A stretch of DNA of 62,457 nt, filler included, from Kipferlia bialata (Eukaryota): assembly GCA_003568945.1 (NCBI GenBank). It is 3 parts of 3 records of this genome, joined end to end, with 100 filler letters (N's around TTAATTAATTAA, not from the genome) between each part and the next. Parts side by side here need not be neighbours in the genome. Positions count along the whole stretch, not along the records: positions 29,801 to 59,461 come from BDIP01000132.1; 2 more parts are not named here. One strand, 5' to 3'. The notes beneath the pieces are model-generated. The model was not told the origin of the DNA. It made no database searches and saw only the letters and a list, made by a program, of their open reading frames with translations. Position 1 is the stretch's first letter. Every line of letters starts with the position of its first letter. Made by a program: the position numbers and the translations under genes. Shown piece after piece: positions 33,561 to 46,742 of the stretch.

Positions 33561-36500
33561 ATGGCCCAACCGTCATCTTCCCCGTCCCCTCCTCCCCAGA
33601 GTGTGGTGCCTCGAAGGAAGAGAGATAAGAAGGGGTCGAGGAAGGGGTCCAAGTCACGACTGGCCACTGTCCCAATGGCCCCCAAGCTAGCCAAGGTGCC
33701 CATGGCCCCCAAGACCAAGGACGTCATGGCCCCCCAGCCAGTGGAGCCAGAGGACGGGTGGCAGGTATGGGTGCTGAGATAACATTGGACACCTTGTCAT
33801 ACGAATACAGAGTACGTAGGTGCATATGCATGAGGTACATTGATAGTATGGTGCCTCTGAGCATCAGGTGTTCCCAGAGGCTGGTGCATACAGAAGGAGC
33901 CGCAGGAAGAGAAGGTCACCTGTGGAGGGGTCTTCCCCTGTCACCCACTCAGTGCCCAAGACACCTCCAAGGGCCACAAGAGTGTCCAAGCGTCGTAGCG
34001 GGTCCCCCTCCCCCTCCCCCTCCCCCTCCCCATCTTCGTCCATCTCCCCCTCTTCCTCCCCCTCCTCCTCTCCTTCCTCCTCCCCCCTTCCTTGTGGCAG
34101 GGGTCGGAGCCAGAGAGGACCCTCGGCCAAGAGGGCCAAGGGCAGACGGACAGTCATAGACTGTTCACCAGAGAAACGCGCTAAGATTGTGAAGTGGATA
34201 GTGGAGGATCTCAAGGGCCGGTGGGATGCAGGTGAGACGGTATCTGTGTCATCAAAGGGATTAGTCAGACACAGTTGGAGAGATTGGGTTGGTATCCAGC
34301 ACTCATATGACGGGAGGGGGATGGTCATCGTGTACTCTCCGTATATATCCTCTGTACTGTCAGGATACACGTATATACTTCCTGAGTTCCGTCGAGTAGT
34401 GTTTGGTCCAAACCCTCTGAAACCCCCACTCTGCGTCCCTCCTGACTCACATCTTATATCTTATATCAGTGCAGGAGTTCCTAGATGTTAAACCCGAGGC
34501 GTGGGAGGAGGGCATTGAGGTGCACGACCTACTAGACGACTTCATGGACATCAAGTGGCCGAAGAGGAGGCCCCAGGTGCTGCTGAGGGACTGTGCCTCC
34601 CGACCTGTGTGCCGCAAGGGCCTGTCCAGGAAGGAGGGCATTGCCACGCTGCCCTGTGCCGAGTACGCGCAGTCCCTAGGGGTGGCAGAGGCAGAGTGCG
34701 TGCTGGTGCTGAAGGCACCCCCCAACAGAGAGCCCAGCCTGGTCAAGGACCCCTCCTGCTGCAGGGTGTACCTGTCCCTGCCCCTGGTGTGTGGGGTGCT
34801 GAGCATGTCTCGGTCCAGGTGCCAGAGACAGGCAGACGCAGCCCCAGTCCCCACCTCACACTCGCTCAAGGGAAGGTATGCTGACTGAGAGGATGATGGT
34901 GTCAGATAGTGCGAGAAACACATCTACTTCCTAGTTGTGGGAGTCTTCTTGTCATTCATACTTGTATGCCTTCACCCACCCCAGGTGGGACCGTTCTGCC
35001 CACCCCTTTGGGCTTGTGCAGGTGAGGGCAGGGGGGAAGGCAGGGCAGGCCCTGGGGGCAGAGGGGGACCAGATATACATCCCGGGTGACCAACTGGCCA
35101 GGTGGGCCAAGGACGGGGAGAGGGACCCGGCTGTGTTATATGGACACTCCCTCTGGGACGAGGCCGGGGTGTGGCCCATAGTGTGGAGGGACACGGTCAC
35201 GTTCAGCAGCCTATGCCTGCCACACAAGGACAGGTACGGGTGCTGTATGAGTATAGTGTGCATGTGTGTCTATTCCTAATGACCCGGGGTGGATGTGTAT
35301 ATCGTCCATCCAGCTGCCTCTTCCGACAGTTTTGCTTGGTTACACTCTGCGTAGAAAGTGTCGAGGTTTCAGTACCGTATATTCGGCTCTGCATGCGTGT
35401 ATATGAGAATGGCTACCTGTATGTGTCACATACCTTACCCCCCAACCCCCCAGGGAGCTAGTTGAGCAGGGCCACCTGTACATGTACCGCACCATGACTC
35501 AGGACACATACTGGCACCAGTACCCCACCTGGATGAGCAGCCACCTGCACTGCATGCCCTGCCACAAGGTGAGGGTGTGTGTGTGTACACAATATATATT
35601 CTGTGTGTGACCCTGACCTCTAGGCCTATCTGAGGGACAGTCTGGACACTGCCACAGACACCTTCAGTGCGGCACACGGGTATGTCACTACATACGATGA
35701 GGAGGTGGAGGAGGCGGTGTATGCGTCAGACGCTGTGCCCCCAGGGGTGGAGGGACCCGACATCCCCAGGCAGAACGACATTCTCCAGGAGGGAGAGGGA
35801 GAGGGAGAGGGCGAGGCCTCCTTCAGCGATGCCTTCAGACTTGGGTCCTATGAGAACTGGGTCAGCCAGATCCACTTCATGCAGAGACACTCCTCCCACC
35901 AGTTCATAGCAGACCTGCAGGGGGTGTTCAGACAGCAGTTTGGCCCAGTGCGGTCTGTCCCTGCATTGGGTATGGAGACTGGGGGAGGGGACGACAGGGG
36001 TGTGATTGTGTACAGACTCAAGAGGCTGTGCCTGGAGATGAAGAGACGCTGGCTGGACCAGCCCGACAAGGTGGGTGTACACATACGTCCCACTGGCTTG
36101 TATTATTGTCTTCGTTTACCCCCACCCCCCACCCCAGGCTAGTGCCATTCCCTCCTCCCACCTGGCCCGTCTCACATCTCTGGTGCAGAGAGTGCTAGAC
36201 GCCGCAGAGAAGCACCGCAACCGGGGTCCTGTGCCCCCTAGGGACCAGGCAGACGAGAGAGACAGCACCCGGCCGTACCAGCGGCAGCTCTTCTTCAAGG
36301 ACCTGATTGAGCTAGTCAACACGGCAGCCTTTGCCGAGTACACCCAGGCACCGTACGACCTGTACATCGGGGTGCCTGACGTGCTGTCCATCCTGCAGGG
36401 GCTGAGGATAGAGTACATGGGGGCATTCACTAAGCCGACCAGAGCACACTTCGACAAGGCGGCAAAGGTGGGGTAAACTGGTGGTGCACGTGGTTGCAAA

Positions 36501-37830
36501 GTGTTCTCGTCTACGGAGTTGTGTTGGTGTGTATTCTTTTGCCTATCCATCCACGTATCCATCTCTCTGTCCCTTCCCCCTGACCCTAGGCGAGGGCCCA
36601 GCACTACATCGCCAAGGGTGACACCATCCCGGTCCATGACCACCTTGCCATGCACAACTATGTGGAACAGTACGCACACGAGGTGGGGGTGTATGATATT
36701 TAGAATAGTCGCTAGCTACTTGTGTTCAAGTAGGAATACAGTTATGTGGCTGTACATTGTCCATTCTAGATACACTGTTAAACTACGTGATCGTGTACTA
36801 CTCATGTACTCATGTGCCTCATGTCCAGGTGGAGAGGATGGCCAGTCTCTCTCTGGGTCTCAGGATATCAGCCAACGAGTGGCTCTTCTACGTAGGTGAG
36901 TGATTCGCACAAGAGTACATGTACGGCTAGGCGGGTGTCACAAGTCCTGTCCCTCACCCCAGTCACCCATGTGATATACGCCCTGTCTGGCTGGGGCACA
37001 GCATCCCTACCTGCAGACTGTCTGGCCCCTGAGGTATGTGTTATGTGAGTAGTTGAGCCTAGTACCTGAGGTGGCAGTGGACTGTATGGGTGTGGGTGTT
37101 CGTATATACATCCTTTTCCCCATACCCCCACCTCCAGGTCGAGTTCCTCGAGGGCTTTGTGTGCTACATGCTGGGTCTAGGCAGACTCAACCCCGACATA
37201 GCGGCCGAGACTGCCCTGGCCCTCTCAGTGTTTGAGGGCACCGACCACCAGCTGTTCATCGAGTGGCTCAGGGGGTACATGCGCACCACAGCAGCTGCCA
37301 CGGCTGAGGTTGAGCTGGACGTGCCCACCCAGGTCGAGAAGGGGGGCCCATTCCACAGGTGCGGGGTTGTGTGTTGTGGATGATTGTTGCGGTAGTGCGT
37401 GTTGACATTGGCACTCTTACCAACTGATGGACACAGGGCTGTACATATACCACTCTCTCTGTCTCACCCCAAGTGTGTGCCGTCCCTATGTACCCCGGTC
37501 CATGAAGTTCGAGACCCCAGCTGTGTACCATGCCACGTGTCTGGGCGTGGCATCCCTCCACATACCAATCTTAATGCATAGGTGGGTGTGTATGTATATA
37601 CATGAGTATACATACATGCATTTGGTTTCCGCATACAAATTCATGTGGTGTGGCATGCTCTAATGCGCCCATGCCTCTCTTGCATCTTTCATGTGAATAC
37701 AAATGGCTATATCCACTCACGCAGGTCCCCCTACTACACGATGCTTGTGTCTGAGGCATTGGAGGCTGCACAGGATGACAGGACTACCTCCATCGACATC
37801 AGTGGTCACAGGAGGAAGAGGGTGCGGTGA
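33561..37830 (+). CDS. Multi-exon hypothetical protein with basic, Ser/Pro-rich N-terminus (NLS-like clusters)
   Basis: MAQPSSSPSPPPQSVVPRRKRDKK..EDGWQ|VFPEAGAYRRSRRKRRSP.., further exons in ORFs 34469-34888, 34935-35279, 35705-36142, 36075-36476 and 37090-37383, and last exon SPYYTMLVSEALEAAQDDRTTSIDISGHRRKRVR*. Confidence 0.6.
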
Positions 37831-38603
37831 CCCATGTGCCAGAAACATACCTCTGGGACAGGCCCTGGCACGACAATGACGCAATGCGAGACAGCCTAGG
37901 TGCTCTCGGTGTGATCGACAAGTGCCCATCCAGAGCATGTGTTCATTAGTCTATTATGGTATTCCGTGCGGCAGCTGATTCTGGACATTGTACCAGTATG
38001 GGATGTGGAGTGTGGCCACGGTGCTTCTTGGTGTTACGCCGATCTTTCAGTTCTGGGCCAGTTTTCATTATATTATGTATTGCCCTTGAGACCTAGCCAA
38101 CTAGCCACCTAGACACACTGTGCCCCTGGTGTCCTGATGGCATAGTGCATGGTGTATGGTGTATGGTGTGTGGTGTATGGTGTGTGGTGGCAGTGACACA
38201 TCACAGGGAACCACATGGATACTCTGGCACTTGGAATTGTGCAATGGCAACCATACCGTTTGGAGAGTCCATGTGACACTGAGGATATGGGTGATATTCA
38301 GTATAACGTGTAGTGAGAGGCCACTAGATATTGTCGTTGTCTATACTGTTCACATATAGTCTATTTCGATCGCCTTGCCTTGCAGCAGTGTGACACGACC
38401 CGTGACATTGTGTGTCCAAGAATGAGCCAGGGACGTGGCCAAGTATCTGAAGCACAATGTGATCTGACAATGGTGGTATGTACATGCCCAGCTGTCTTTG
38501 GCTATGCAATGGCTTCAAACATTGGTTTGTCTCTTCGGAATCCCGAAAAGACACATCTTGTGGAAAACCACACTATATTACAACACAAAGTAATCGTTCC
38601 ACA

Positions 38604-40637
38604 CTAGACCGTAGCTTGTGCAGGGTCAGCTGACTCAGACTCAATCTGGGTCTGAGCACAGTCATTGGAACCGCTGATGGGATGTGTATCCGTGCTAACT
38701 GATATAGACCCTCCTGCTGGGTTGCCCTCTCCCTTTGATGCCCCAGCACCTGGCCCCCTACATGGACATGTATCCACCCTGGCCTCTGTGTCCTGTTCCA
38801 GTACAGTCAGGATGAGCACAAGTATAAGGGCGTAGGGGAGGGGGCAGAAGATGCCTGGGGGGTAGAGACATGCCATACACATATTTATATATATAGATAC
38901 ATACACCCACCTGGGTTGATGCAGGACATCAAGACCAAGAACCCATATGACCCGAAACAGGCAACGGCAAACAGAGACCCCTTCTCATGCACGCATAGCC
39001 TGGTTCTGACGAATATCTGGTACCCATACACCACCACCCCCACGACACCCATACTACCCACTACCTGGACTGGGGCGGAGTGGTACCTGGCGTATGAGGG
39101 GGAGAACAGGAACAGAATCTACCTCACATATGCATCGAGTATATGAATAACAGACACATAGACATGTGCAGAACACCGTACCAATACATCCCGCCCTTCT
39201 TGGGGTAGTAGTACCCCCCTGTGTACCCTATGCCGTGTCCAAACAGCCAGAAGTCCCCTATGCTCTCGAGCAGCGCCTTGAGCATGAGTGCCCTGGGCTC
39301 TGTGTCTGTGTCGGCGTCCTCTATGGTGGAGAGGGTGCCCTCTATCAGGGACAGGATGGAGTCTCTGGCCAGGACCACCAGCACCAACAGCACTCCTAGC
39401 ACACACAGGTGGTGGTACCGGTGGGGCCTGTCCACATACATAAAGACAAGTGTGCAAGCCGGGAAGATGACACCAGCCAGGGTCATGCCACTTCTGGAGG
39501 AGGATATCAACAGGCCGAAGGACATCAGCAGGCCGGACCCCACGCCCAGTGCGTAGTGGGTGTTGGTGCCCCTGGCACAGAGGTGGAAGGAGAAGGGGAG
39601 GCATATGACCATGATGGTACTGACGTTGTTGGACATCTGGCAGTCAAGCACCCGGTACCCGCTGGACACAAACCTGTCCCAGTTGGGTATGTAGTTCTGG
39701 ACCAGCATGTATACTGCAAACAACCCCCAGAGCAGCAGAGAGGAGACCAGCGACTGCCTCTGGCCCTGAGCGTCCTTGGAGAAGAGCACATAGACACCCA
39801 CCATGGCCAGACCCAGGCCCAGGGAGTAGTAGAGGGTCAGGGGCTTGAGGTAGTCGGACCACGACACCACCCCCACCCCTCCTATCAGTAGGGCAGCAGA
39901 TACGGCCACCGAGGCTGGGAAGGTGGGGCCTAGACGGACGGGGCCCTTCTTCCTCCAGTACACCAGATAGTGGAAGAGAATGGCTGCCACGCCTATGGGG
40001 ACAATCTTCCAGAGAGGGAAGAACAAGTCGAAGGAGTCGTACAGCTTGAGGGGGACGGTGGTGGAGAGGAGGAAGGGCAGGAGGGTAGGGTGGGAGGAGT
40101 CACAGACCACAAAGAGGAGACACACCAACAGGTAGAAGAAGACCACCCCTGCCACGGCTAGGTCCAGCCACACAAAGACAGCTGCCACTAGGAAGCAGAG
40201 GAGTCTGAACACCAGAGTGTCACAGCCAGCCCGGGTGGCATCAAGGAGGGCAGTAGCAGAGAGAGTGCTGTCCTTGGTGCCCATACCCTCAACAGGGGCT
40301 GGCTGGTCGGGCACAGACGTGTCCTGGGGTGATACATCTGTATCCACCGCCTGTGGACCCTCTGTCTCTGGGGCAGTCAGAGACCCATCAGACAGATCTG
40401 GGGTGAGGGCACATCTATCACTCTATATCCTGGGTCACACAGGAGCATGTGTATATATACACTCACAATGGTACCCGTACCCTGTTCCTCTAACACACCC
40501 TCTCCTGGGGGCAGAGACGGGGACACGCTCTCCACATCTCCCTCACTCAGTGACACATGGTCAGCTACCACTGTATCCACTTCCCCTTTACACATCCCAG
40601 CATCATCACATGACACCGCAGTCGGACACCCCCCCAT
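38604..40637 (-). CDS. O-antigen ligase-like (Wzy_C/RfaL family) polytopic membrane protein, bacterial type, with 3 spliceosomal introns
   Basis: Many hydrophobic segments plus family motifs SNNVSTIMVICLPF, LLISSSRSGM, R..M.K..LESIGDFWLFGHGIG, YW|YHSAPVQVVGSMGVVG and MSCINP|GIFCPLPY. Introns 40398-40480, 39087-39181 and 38855-38910 are GT-AG and preserve the frame. Confidence 0.75.
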
Positions 40638-41142
40638 CAACAGAGGGGCTGCGTCTTGCACACCCACAGTGAGAGAGAGACAACAGATGGACGCCAAGTG
40701 GCCTCATTTTTCGGTGTCAACAACCTGAACCCTTCTGCAGTCCAATACACAATAGTGTAATAGTGAATTTCCAATAAATCTCAGCAGCAGTGAATGCATA
40801 CTGGCTTCTTATGTATCTCAGCTGCATATTGGCCTACGACATTGCCATACAGCCATGAACAAAGCGAGGAGGGGGGAGGTTACTCAGGTGACACAAACGT
40901 GTGACGCGATGTAATACTCATATATAGTAATCTATTATTCTTATTAAACACATTCCCATACTCCATAAACAACCAACATAATAATCACAAAACACACTGC
41001 CACATACATGTGTGCCAACACCCCTCTTCACACTCTGCCCTGTCCGTGTCTGATACCACATCACATCAGGTGACACAAGTACAGCCAGGCATGCCCACTC
41101 ACAGAGAGTATCACACGTATGCACATGATTAGAACCCATGCC

Positions 41143-41345
41143 TCAGAACACGACGTCCCTGGCCCCCTCCAGTATGGAGGAGAGGGGGAGCTGGGGGGAT
41201 GCCTGGGCCCGTATGTGGGTGTCAGCCGGGCTGTCCTCCCCCAGTAGGTCGAGGCCTGTCTCTCTGTCTGCATCCCCCACCGAGAAGCCCTTTCTCTCCA
41301 GGGTATTCTCCAGTGATGCCACAGCCACACTCATCGACGTCATGC
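41143..41345 (-). CDS. Last exon of a gene truncated by the N-gap (hypothetical)
   Basis: Acceptor cttatcccag, then (G)MTSMSVAVASLENTLERKGFSVGDADRETGLDLLGEDSPADTHIRAQASPQLPLSSILEGARDVVF*. Confidence 0.4.
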
Positions 41346-41392
41346 CTGGGATAAGGGGGGGGGGGGGGGGGGGGAGCAGAGGGGGAGGCAGG

Positions 41393-42219
41393 NNNNNNNN
41401 NNNNNNNNNNNNNNNNNNNNNNNNNNNNNNNNNNNNNNNNNNNNNNNNNNNNNNNNNNNNNNNNNNNNNNNNNNNNNNNNNNNNNNNNNNNNNNNNNNNN
41501 NNNNNNNNNNNNNNNNNNNNNNNNNNNNNNNNNNNNNNNNNNNNNNNNNNNNNNNNNNNNNNNNNNNNNNNNNNNNNNNNNNNNNNNNNNNNNNNNNNNN
41601 NNNNNNNNNNNNNNNNNNNNNNNNNNNNNNNNNNNNNNNNNNNNNNNNNNNNNNNNNNNNNNNNNNNNNNNNNNNNNNNNNNNNNNNNNNNNNNNNNNNN
41701 NNNNNNNNNNNNNNNNNNNNNNNNNNNNNNNNNNNNNNNNNNNNNNNNNNNNNNNNNNNNNNNNNNNNNNNNNNNNNNNNNNNNNNNNNNNNNNNNNNNN
41801 NNNNNNNNNNNNNNNNNNNNNNNNNNNNNNNNNNNNNNNNNNNNNNNNNNNNNNNNNNNNNNNNNNNNNNNNNNNNNNNNNNNNNNNNNNNNNNNNNNNN
41901 NNNNNNNNNNNNNNNNNNNNNNNNNNNNNNNNNNNNNNNNNNNNNNNNNNNNNNNNNNNNNNNNNNNNNNNNNNNNNNNNNNNNNNNNNNNNNNNNNNNN
42001 NNNNNNNNNNNNNNNNNNNNNNNNNNNNNNNNNNNNNNNNNNNNNNNNNNNNNNNNNNNNNNNNNNNNNNNNNNNNNNNNNNNNNNNNNNNNNNNNNNNN
42101 NNNNNNNNNNNNNNNNNNNNNNNNNNNNNNNNNNNNNNNNNNNNNNNNNNNNNNNNNNNNNNNNNNNNNNNNNNNNNNNNNNNNNNNNNNNNNNNNNNNN
42201 NNNNNNNNNNNNNNNNNNN
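41393..42219. other. Assembly gap (N run)
   Basis: About 827 N with homopolymer G and C tracts nearby on either side. Confidence 0.95.
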
Positions 42220-42702
42220 AAAATCCCTTTTTTTTTTTGGGGGCCCCCCCCCCCCCCCCCCCTGTGCCCAGTTATGCCGTTCCCGGCCACCACTAACATG
42301 GGAGCATACTGGGACTGGTGTAGCCTGGTCATTGATACTGAAATGCCCTACATAGCCGATGTTTTTGCATTGGTCAAGCCACTCTCTTTGGCAATCAATC
42401 CGAAACACCGTGTAACGAGAATACTACGACCAAACGTGTCTAGAATTGGATGATATTCGGGATATACCGTCACGAAGATACGTGTGACCAGCACTATAGA
42501 GTCGCGTAGAGGACTACAGCACGAGAACTACAGTGGTGTGTCACGAAGTGCATGACTAGTCGTCACTGACGACTCAACAACAAGCGACCACATTAGTGTC
42601 TACAGTTGCACTGTACAGTAGACATCCACTCCCATGAGACCACAGGCACACCACTCTCTACCAACACTCTGTCCCACTATAGTGTAGTAGCTCTACCCAC
42701 CC

Positions 42703-43954
42703 ATGCCTGGGGACGTAGTGACCGAGCAGATGGTCACCGACATGCAGCAGCGCATCAAGCGCCTAGAGAAGGTGGGAGATCACTGCACTACTATATAGAC
42801 ACAGCCTCTTTGTTGACTGTCCATCTAGTATCCTTATGCGTCAGAAGACTCGTGAGTTGAAGCCTGGCAGTCTATCCAGAGAGGAGCGGGAGTACATAGA
42901 GAGAGAGATCAGGGATGTGAATGAGACCTACAGTGGCATGAGGCAGAGACTGGGACTGAAGCCTGCCAAGCTAGGCGTGTATGTGAGACCCCGTAACCAG
43001 AGAGGGGGCAAGAGGCAGCGCAAGGCAAAGCGTGTGGCACTATCCAAGGAGGAGAAGGAGGCGGAGAGGCAGAGGAGACTCAAGGTATGGATTGGAGAAT
43101 ACATGCTGAAGAGTGATGACATGCAGCATGTGGAGACCGTACGACTGATCTAACCAATGCATCTCCTTGACTCATTCCAGAAGAACCTGGTGACAGCCGC
43201 CAAGCCAACCGTGGAGTTCATCTTACCGTCAGACGGCGAGGATAGGACAGGAGATGATGTAGTCGAGTCTACTCCTGAGAGTCTCATGGAGAGCGGAGAG
43301 GACACTGACAGAGAGGATGTGCCTGCTGACGGCAATGAGCCTCAGGGCGAGGACTCACCCACCCCTGCCCCCCTGACCAAGAGTCAGAAGAGAAGGGCCC
43401 AGAAGAAGAGGAGAGAGGCAAGGAGGAGAGAGGAGGAGAGAAGAAGAGAGGAGGAGGAGAGAGAGGCAGAGGCAGAGGCAGAGGCAGAGGCAGAGACTGA
43501 CACTCCAAGTGTGGCTGGGGAGACAGACCCTGAGAGCGAGGTACCTCCCTCACCCCCTCCCCCACCCTGTACCACCAGCCGCAGACCCACATCATTTGGC
43601 CCCCTGCAGCACAGAGAGTGGGTGCACCCCAAGTACAGCTCAGGGGCATACCCACACAGCCAGGTGACATTCATGACAATTTGCACGTTCCCCTCATATT
43701 TGCTGAGCCAACCTTTTCTAACTTCAGGGTCTCCACAGGTGCCCCCCCGTCCACTCCCGTCCACCCCACAGGACGGTGCAACAGGTCAGTCAGGCACTGG
43801 AGAGGCAGGTGGGGGATTATATGTGCCGACATCGAGTCACTCTAATATTATATCTATATAGAGTGAGTTCACCACTCATGTCCAGATTGCAGAGTCCAGG
43901 AAGGAGGAGGACCGTCTCAGAACAGTGATAGGACACTACAAGGCATGTATGTAG
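42703..43954 (+). CDS. Multi-exon charged/coiled-coil hypothetical protein
   Basis: MPGDVVTEQMVTDMQQRIKRLEK|KTRELKPGSLSREEREYIE..ERQRRLK|KNLVTAAKPTVEFILP..(E/R-rich)..|..|IAESRKEEDRLRTVIGHYKACM*. The internal exon structure near 43540-43810 is uncertain. Confidence 0.55.
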
Positions 43955-44230
43955 AGGGTGCGAGGGGAAGATACAAGAAGAACACTGTTGTAGATGGGAG
44001 TGTCAGTCGATTGGCAGCTGACGTTGATAGACCAACACACCAAGATCATACATCTGAGAGAGACGCTCTCACAACACACTGTGTTGAACAGTAGTAAACT
44101 CAAGTTCTATTCTATTCTGAGTCACGAAGCTAAGGTAATGAAACACCACCGCTAAACTGGTTGAATATGGTGACATAGGTACTAACGAACAAATACTCTC
44201 AATTCTCAACAATTCTCCACCACGACTGGC

Positions 44231-46702
44231 CTAGATAACATACTCGAACGTGCAGCTCCTCTTTGTCTGTGTGCACACGAGCTGGGCCCTGGCCACAGAG
44301 GAGGGTGTGCCTCTCTCCCTCTCCATACTGAAGGAGAGAGCACTCTCACCCATGCTGAGAAGGGGTGTGTTGACACGGGGTACTACCCGGTTCATGTCAG
44401 TCACCACATCAGGCGAAGGGCTCTGGCACTGAGTCGCCTTGAGGGCCGCCTTGCGCTCGAGGTCTCTCTGCTTTCTCTCCTCCTTGGATAGAGTGAGGGT
44501 GTGTCTAAACTCCACTATGGTCCTCTCAGAGGGGTATGCCGCAGATACAGCGGTCAGGGCAGACACGACCAGACCCTGCATCTGACGCTCTCTCTCTGGG
44601 GTCGTGCCCCCCCGTATCGAGATGGAACTGACCCCGAGCCCCGCCTGCTTGTGCTCCCAGTCACAACAGGGCGTGTACTCAGATGGGAGGGAGAGGGAGA
44701 CAGAAGTACCGCCAGAGTAGACTGCATCGACCTCCGTACATAGTAGTAGGGAGATGAGGTTGGTGCACTCACGCACGAGGGTCTTCACCCTGTCCTTCTC
44801 CTCCCGTGCCGCAGCGTCCTTATCGGCATGCTTCTTGTACTTGCAGCATGAACACAGGGCAGTAAGCACCCTGAGGAGGTCAGGTGCTGCTATACGGGCA
44901 GAGGCTACTACTGCAGGGTGGAGAGTCGACAGGGCAACATGGAACAGGCTGACTAGACGCCTACCGACAAGCAGGTAGTCGGGGTACAGGGGGGGAGCCA
45001 CCTCGGCAGAGAGCACGTTGGCAGTACGCCTGAGAGTAAGAGACACTATAATACAAGGACTATACAATACATATAGGGTTATGACACACCTGAGCAGGAG
45101 GAGCAGCAGGCTCCCTGGGCACCGTGCACACCCTGGCAGGTCAAGCAGAGGGTAGGGCACCGGAGAGGAGGTCTGTTGCTGATGTACCCCTCCCTTTCTA
45201 TTAGCGTCCCCATCCACACTGTATACCCCAGACAGTGATCTAGCATGGGCAGCAGGGGTAGAATCCACTCTCTCCACCCCTCCCTCTGTGTCTCTCTCTG
45301 ATATAGACTGCAGGACAGCCTGAGGGGACTCACAGGAGGAGGAGAGAGAGGAGGAGGAGAACGAGTCAGAGTCACTCTCGCTCACTTCAACTGGGGGACC
45401 CATCCACTCGTCCTCGAAGTGCTGCCTCTCTCCCACCCTCTCCTGACTAGAGACATCCATGTGTGATGCATGTGATGCATGGTATGGGGCAGGGTGGGAG
45501 TCCAGGAAGAAGACGTCCTCGGACTCCATGCCCCCACTGGTGACACCGACCTCAGTGCCTGGTAGCGTGGCAGTGTCAGCATCTGGGCTGGTGCTAGGGG
45601 AGAACTCGACATCGGCACTGCCAGTCAAGGCAAAGATGCGCTCGATGCCCAGGTCCTCCCCAATGAGCTCGTCGAGGATGTCAAAGAGGCATATCTGGTG
45701 GGTCAGGTGGAACCAGTATCAGTATCTATACATCTATATAGGGGGCATGGAGGGGTAGATGTATGAAATGGAATGTATGGTATATCTAGAGTATCCACAC
45801 ATACCGCAGGGTTCCGCCAGTTGAGCAGGAGGCGCATCAGGACAGAGTGGATGAGACCACCGGACAGGAACTCCCTGGGATTAGAACACGACATATACAG
45901 TATCGGGTAGCTTAGTGGGTACACGTACCCAAAGAACTCTCTCTTGTTCTGCTCCTCCACATGGGTGTCGAACTGACCAGCCCCTGCTGTGGCTAGAGGG
46001 GTGGGGGCCTTGGCGGCAGCCCTGAGGTAAGTAATCGTCTTGACTTACTACGTCCCTCTGGACCTATAGAATAGTATATACATATATACATATATATATA
46101 TACATATCACTAACCTCGAGTGCATGAGGCCCTGCGACAGGTGCAGTCTACTCTCCCTCTCCTGCCTCTCCAGCCGTCTGCGCTGGGTGCGCACCTGGGG
46201 TGAGAGACACATTCACAGACGTAGTGAGATTGGGGGAGACTCGATACTTGCCTCCTTCTCGTGCAGATATCCTATTACGATATGGTATATACATGATACA
46301 CTTGCCTCGTTCTCGTGCAGAGTGGCGTAGAGCATGGACATGCCCTCAATGTAGATGGATAGAGTGGTGGCAAGGGAGTCGAGGTCTAGGTGGGAGGTGT
46401 CTAACAGGGAGACGGCACTCACACGGCCTGGGGGTTAATACTCTCAACAGAACAGAAAGACAGAACTCTCCATTGCATATACCCATACATACAAGGCACT
46501 TAGTAACTGACAGGAACACAAATACAATATACAGTGTCACTATACCTAGTGCCCTGTGGAAGCCCTTGTTCCTCTGCAGGGGTAGACATACGGTAGGTCT
46601 GAGACTGGAGTCCCACCCATCATCCACCCCGGCATAGCCCCTAGCGGCACGGGCCATGAGGCCTAGGGGGTTAGGTACAAGATATTTATAGAGAGAGAGG
46701 GG

Positions 46703-46742
<40 letters not shown>

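Noticed and set aside
41138..42408. 330-421 aa ORFs
   Set aside because: Their length comes from translating through N bases.
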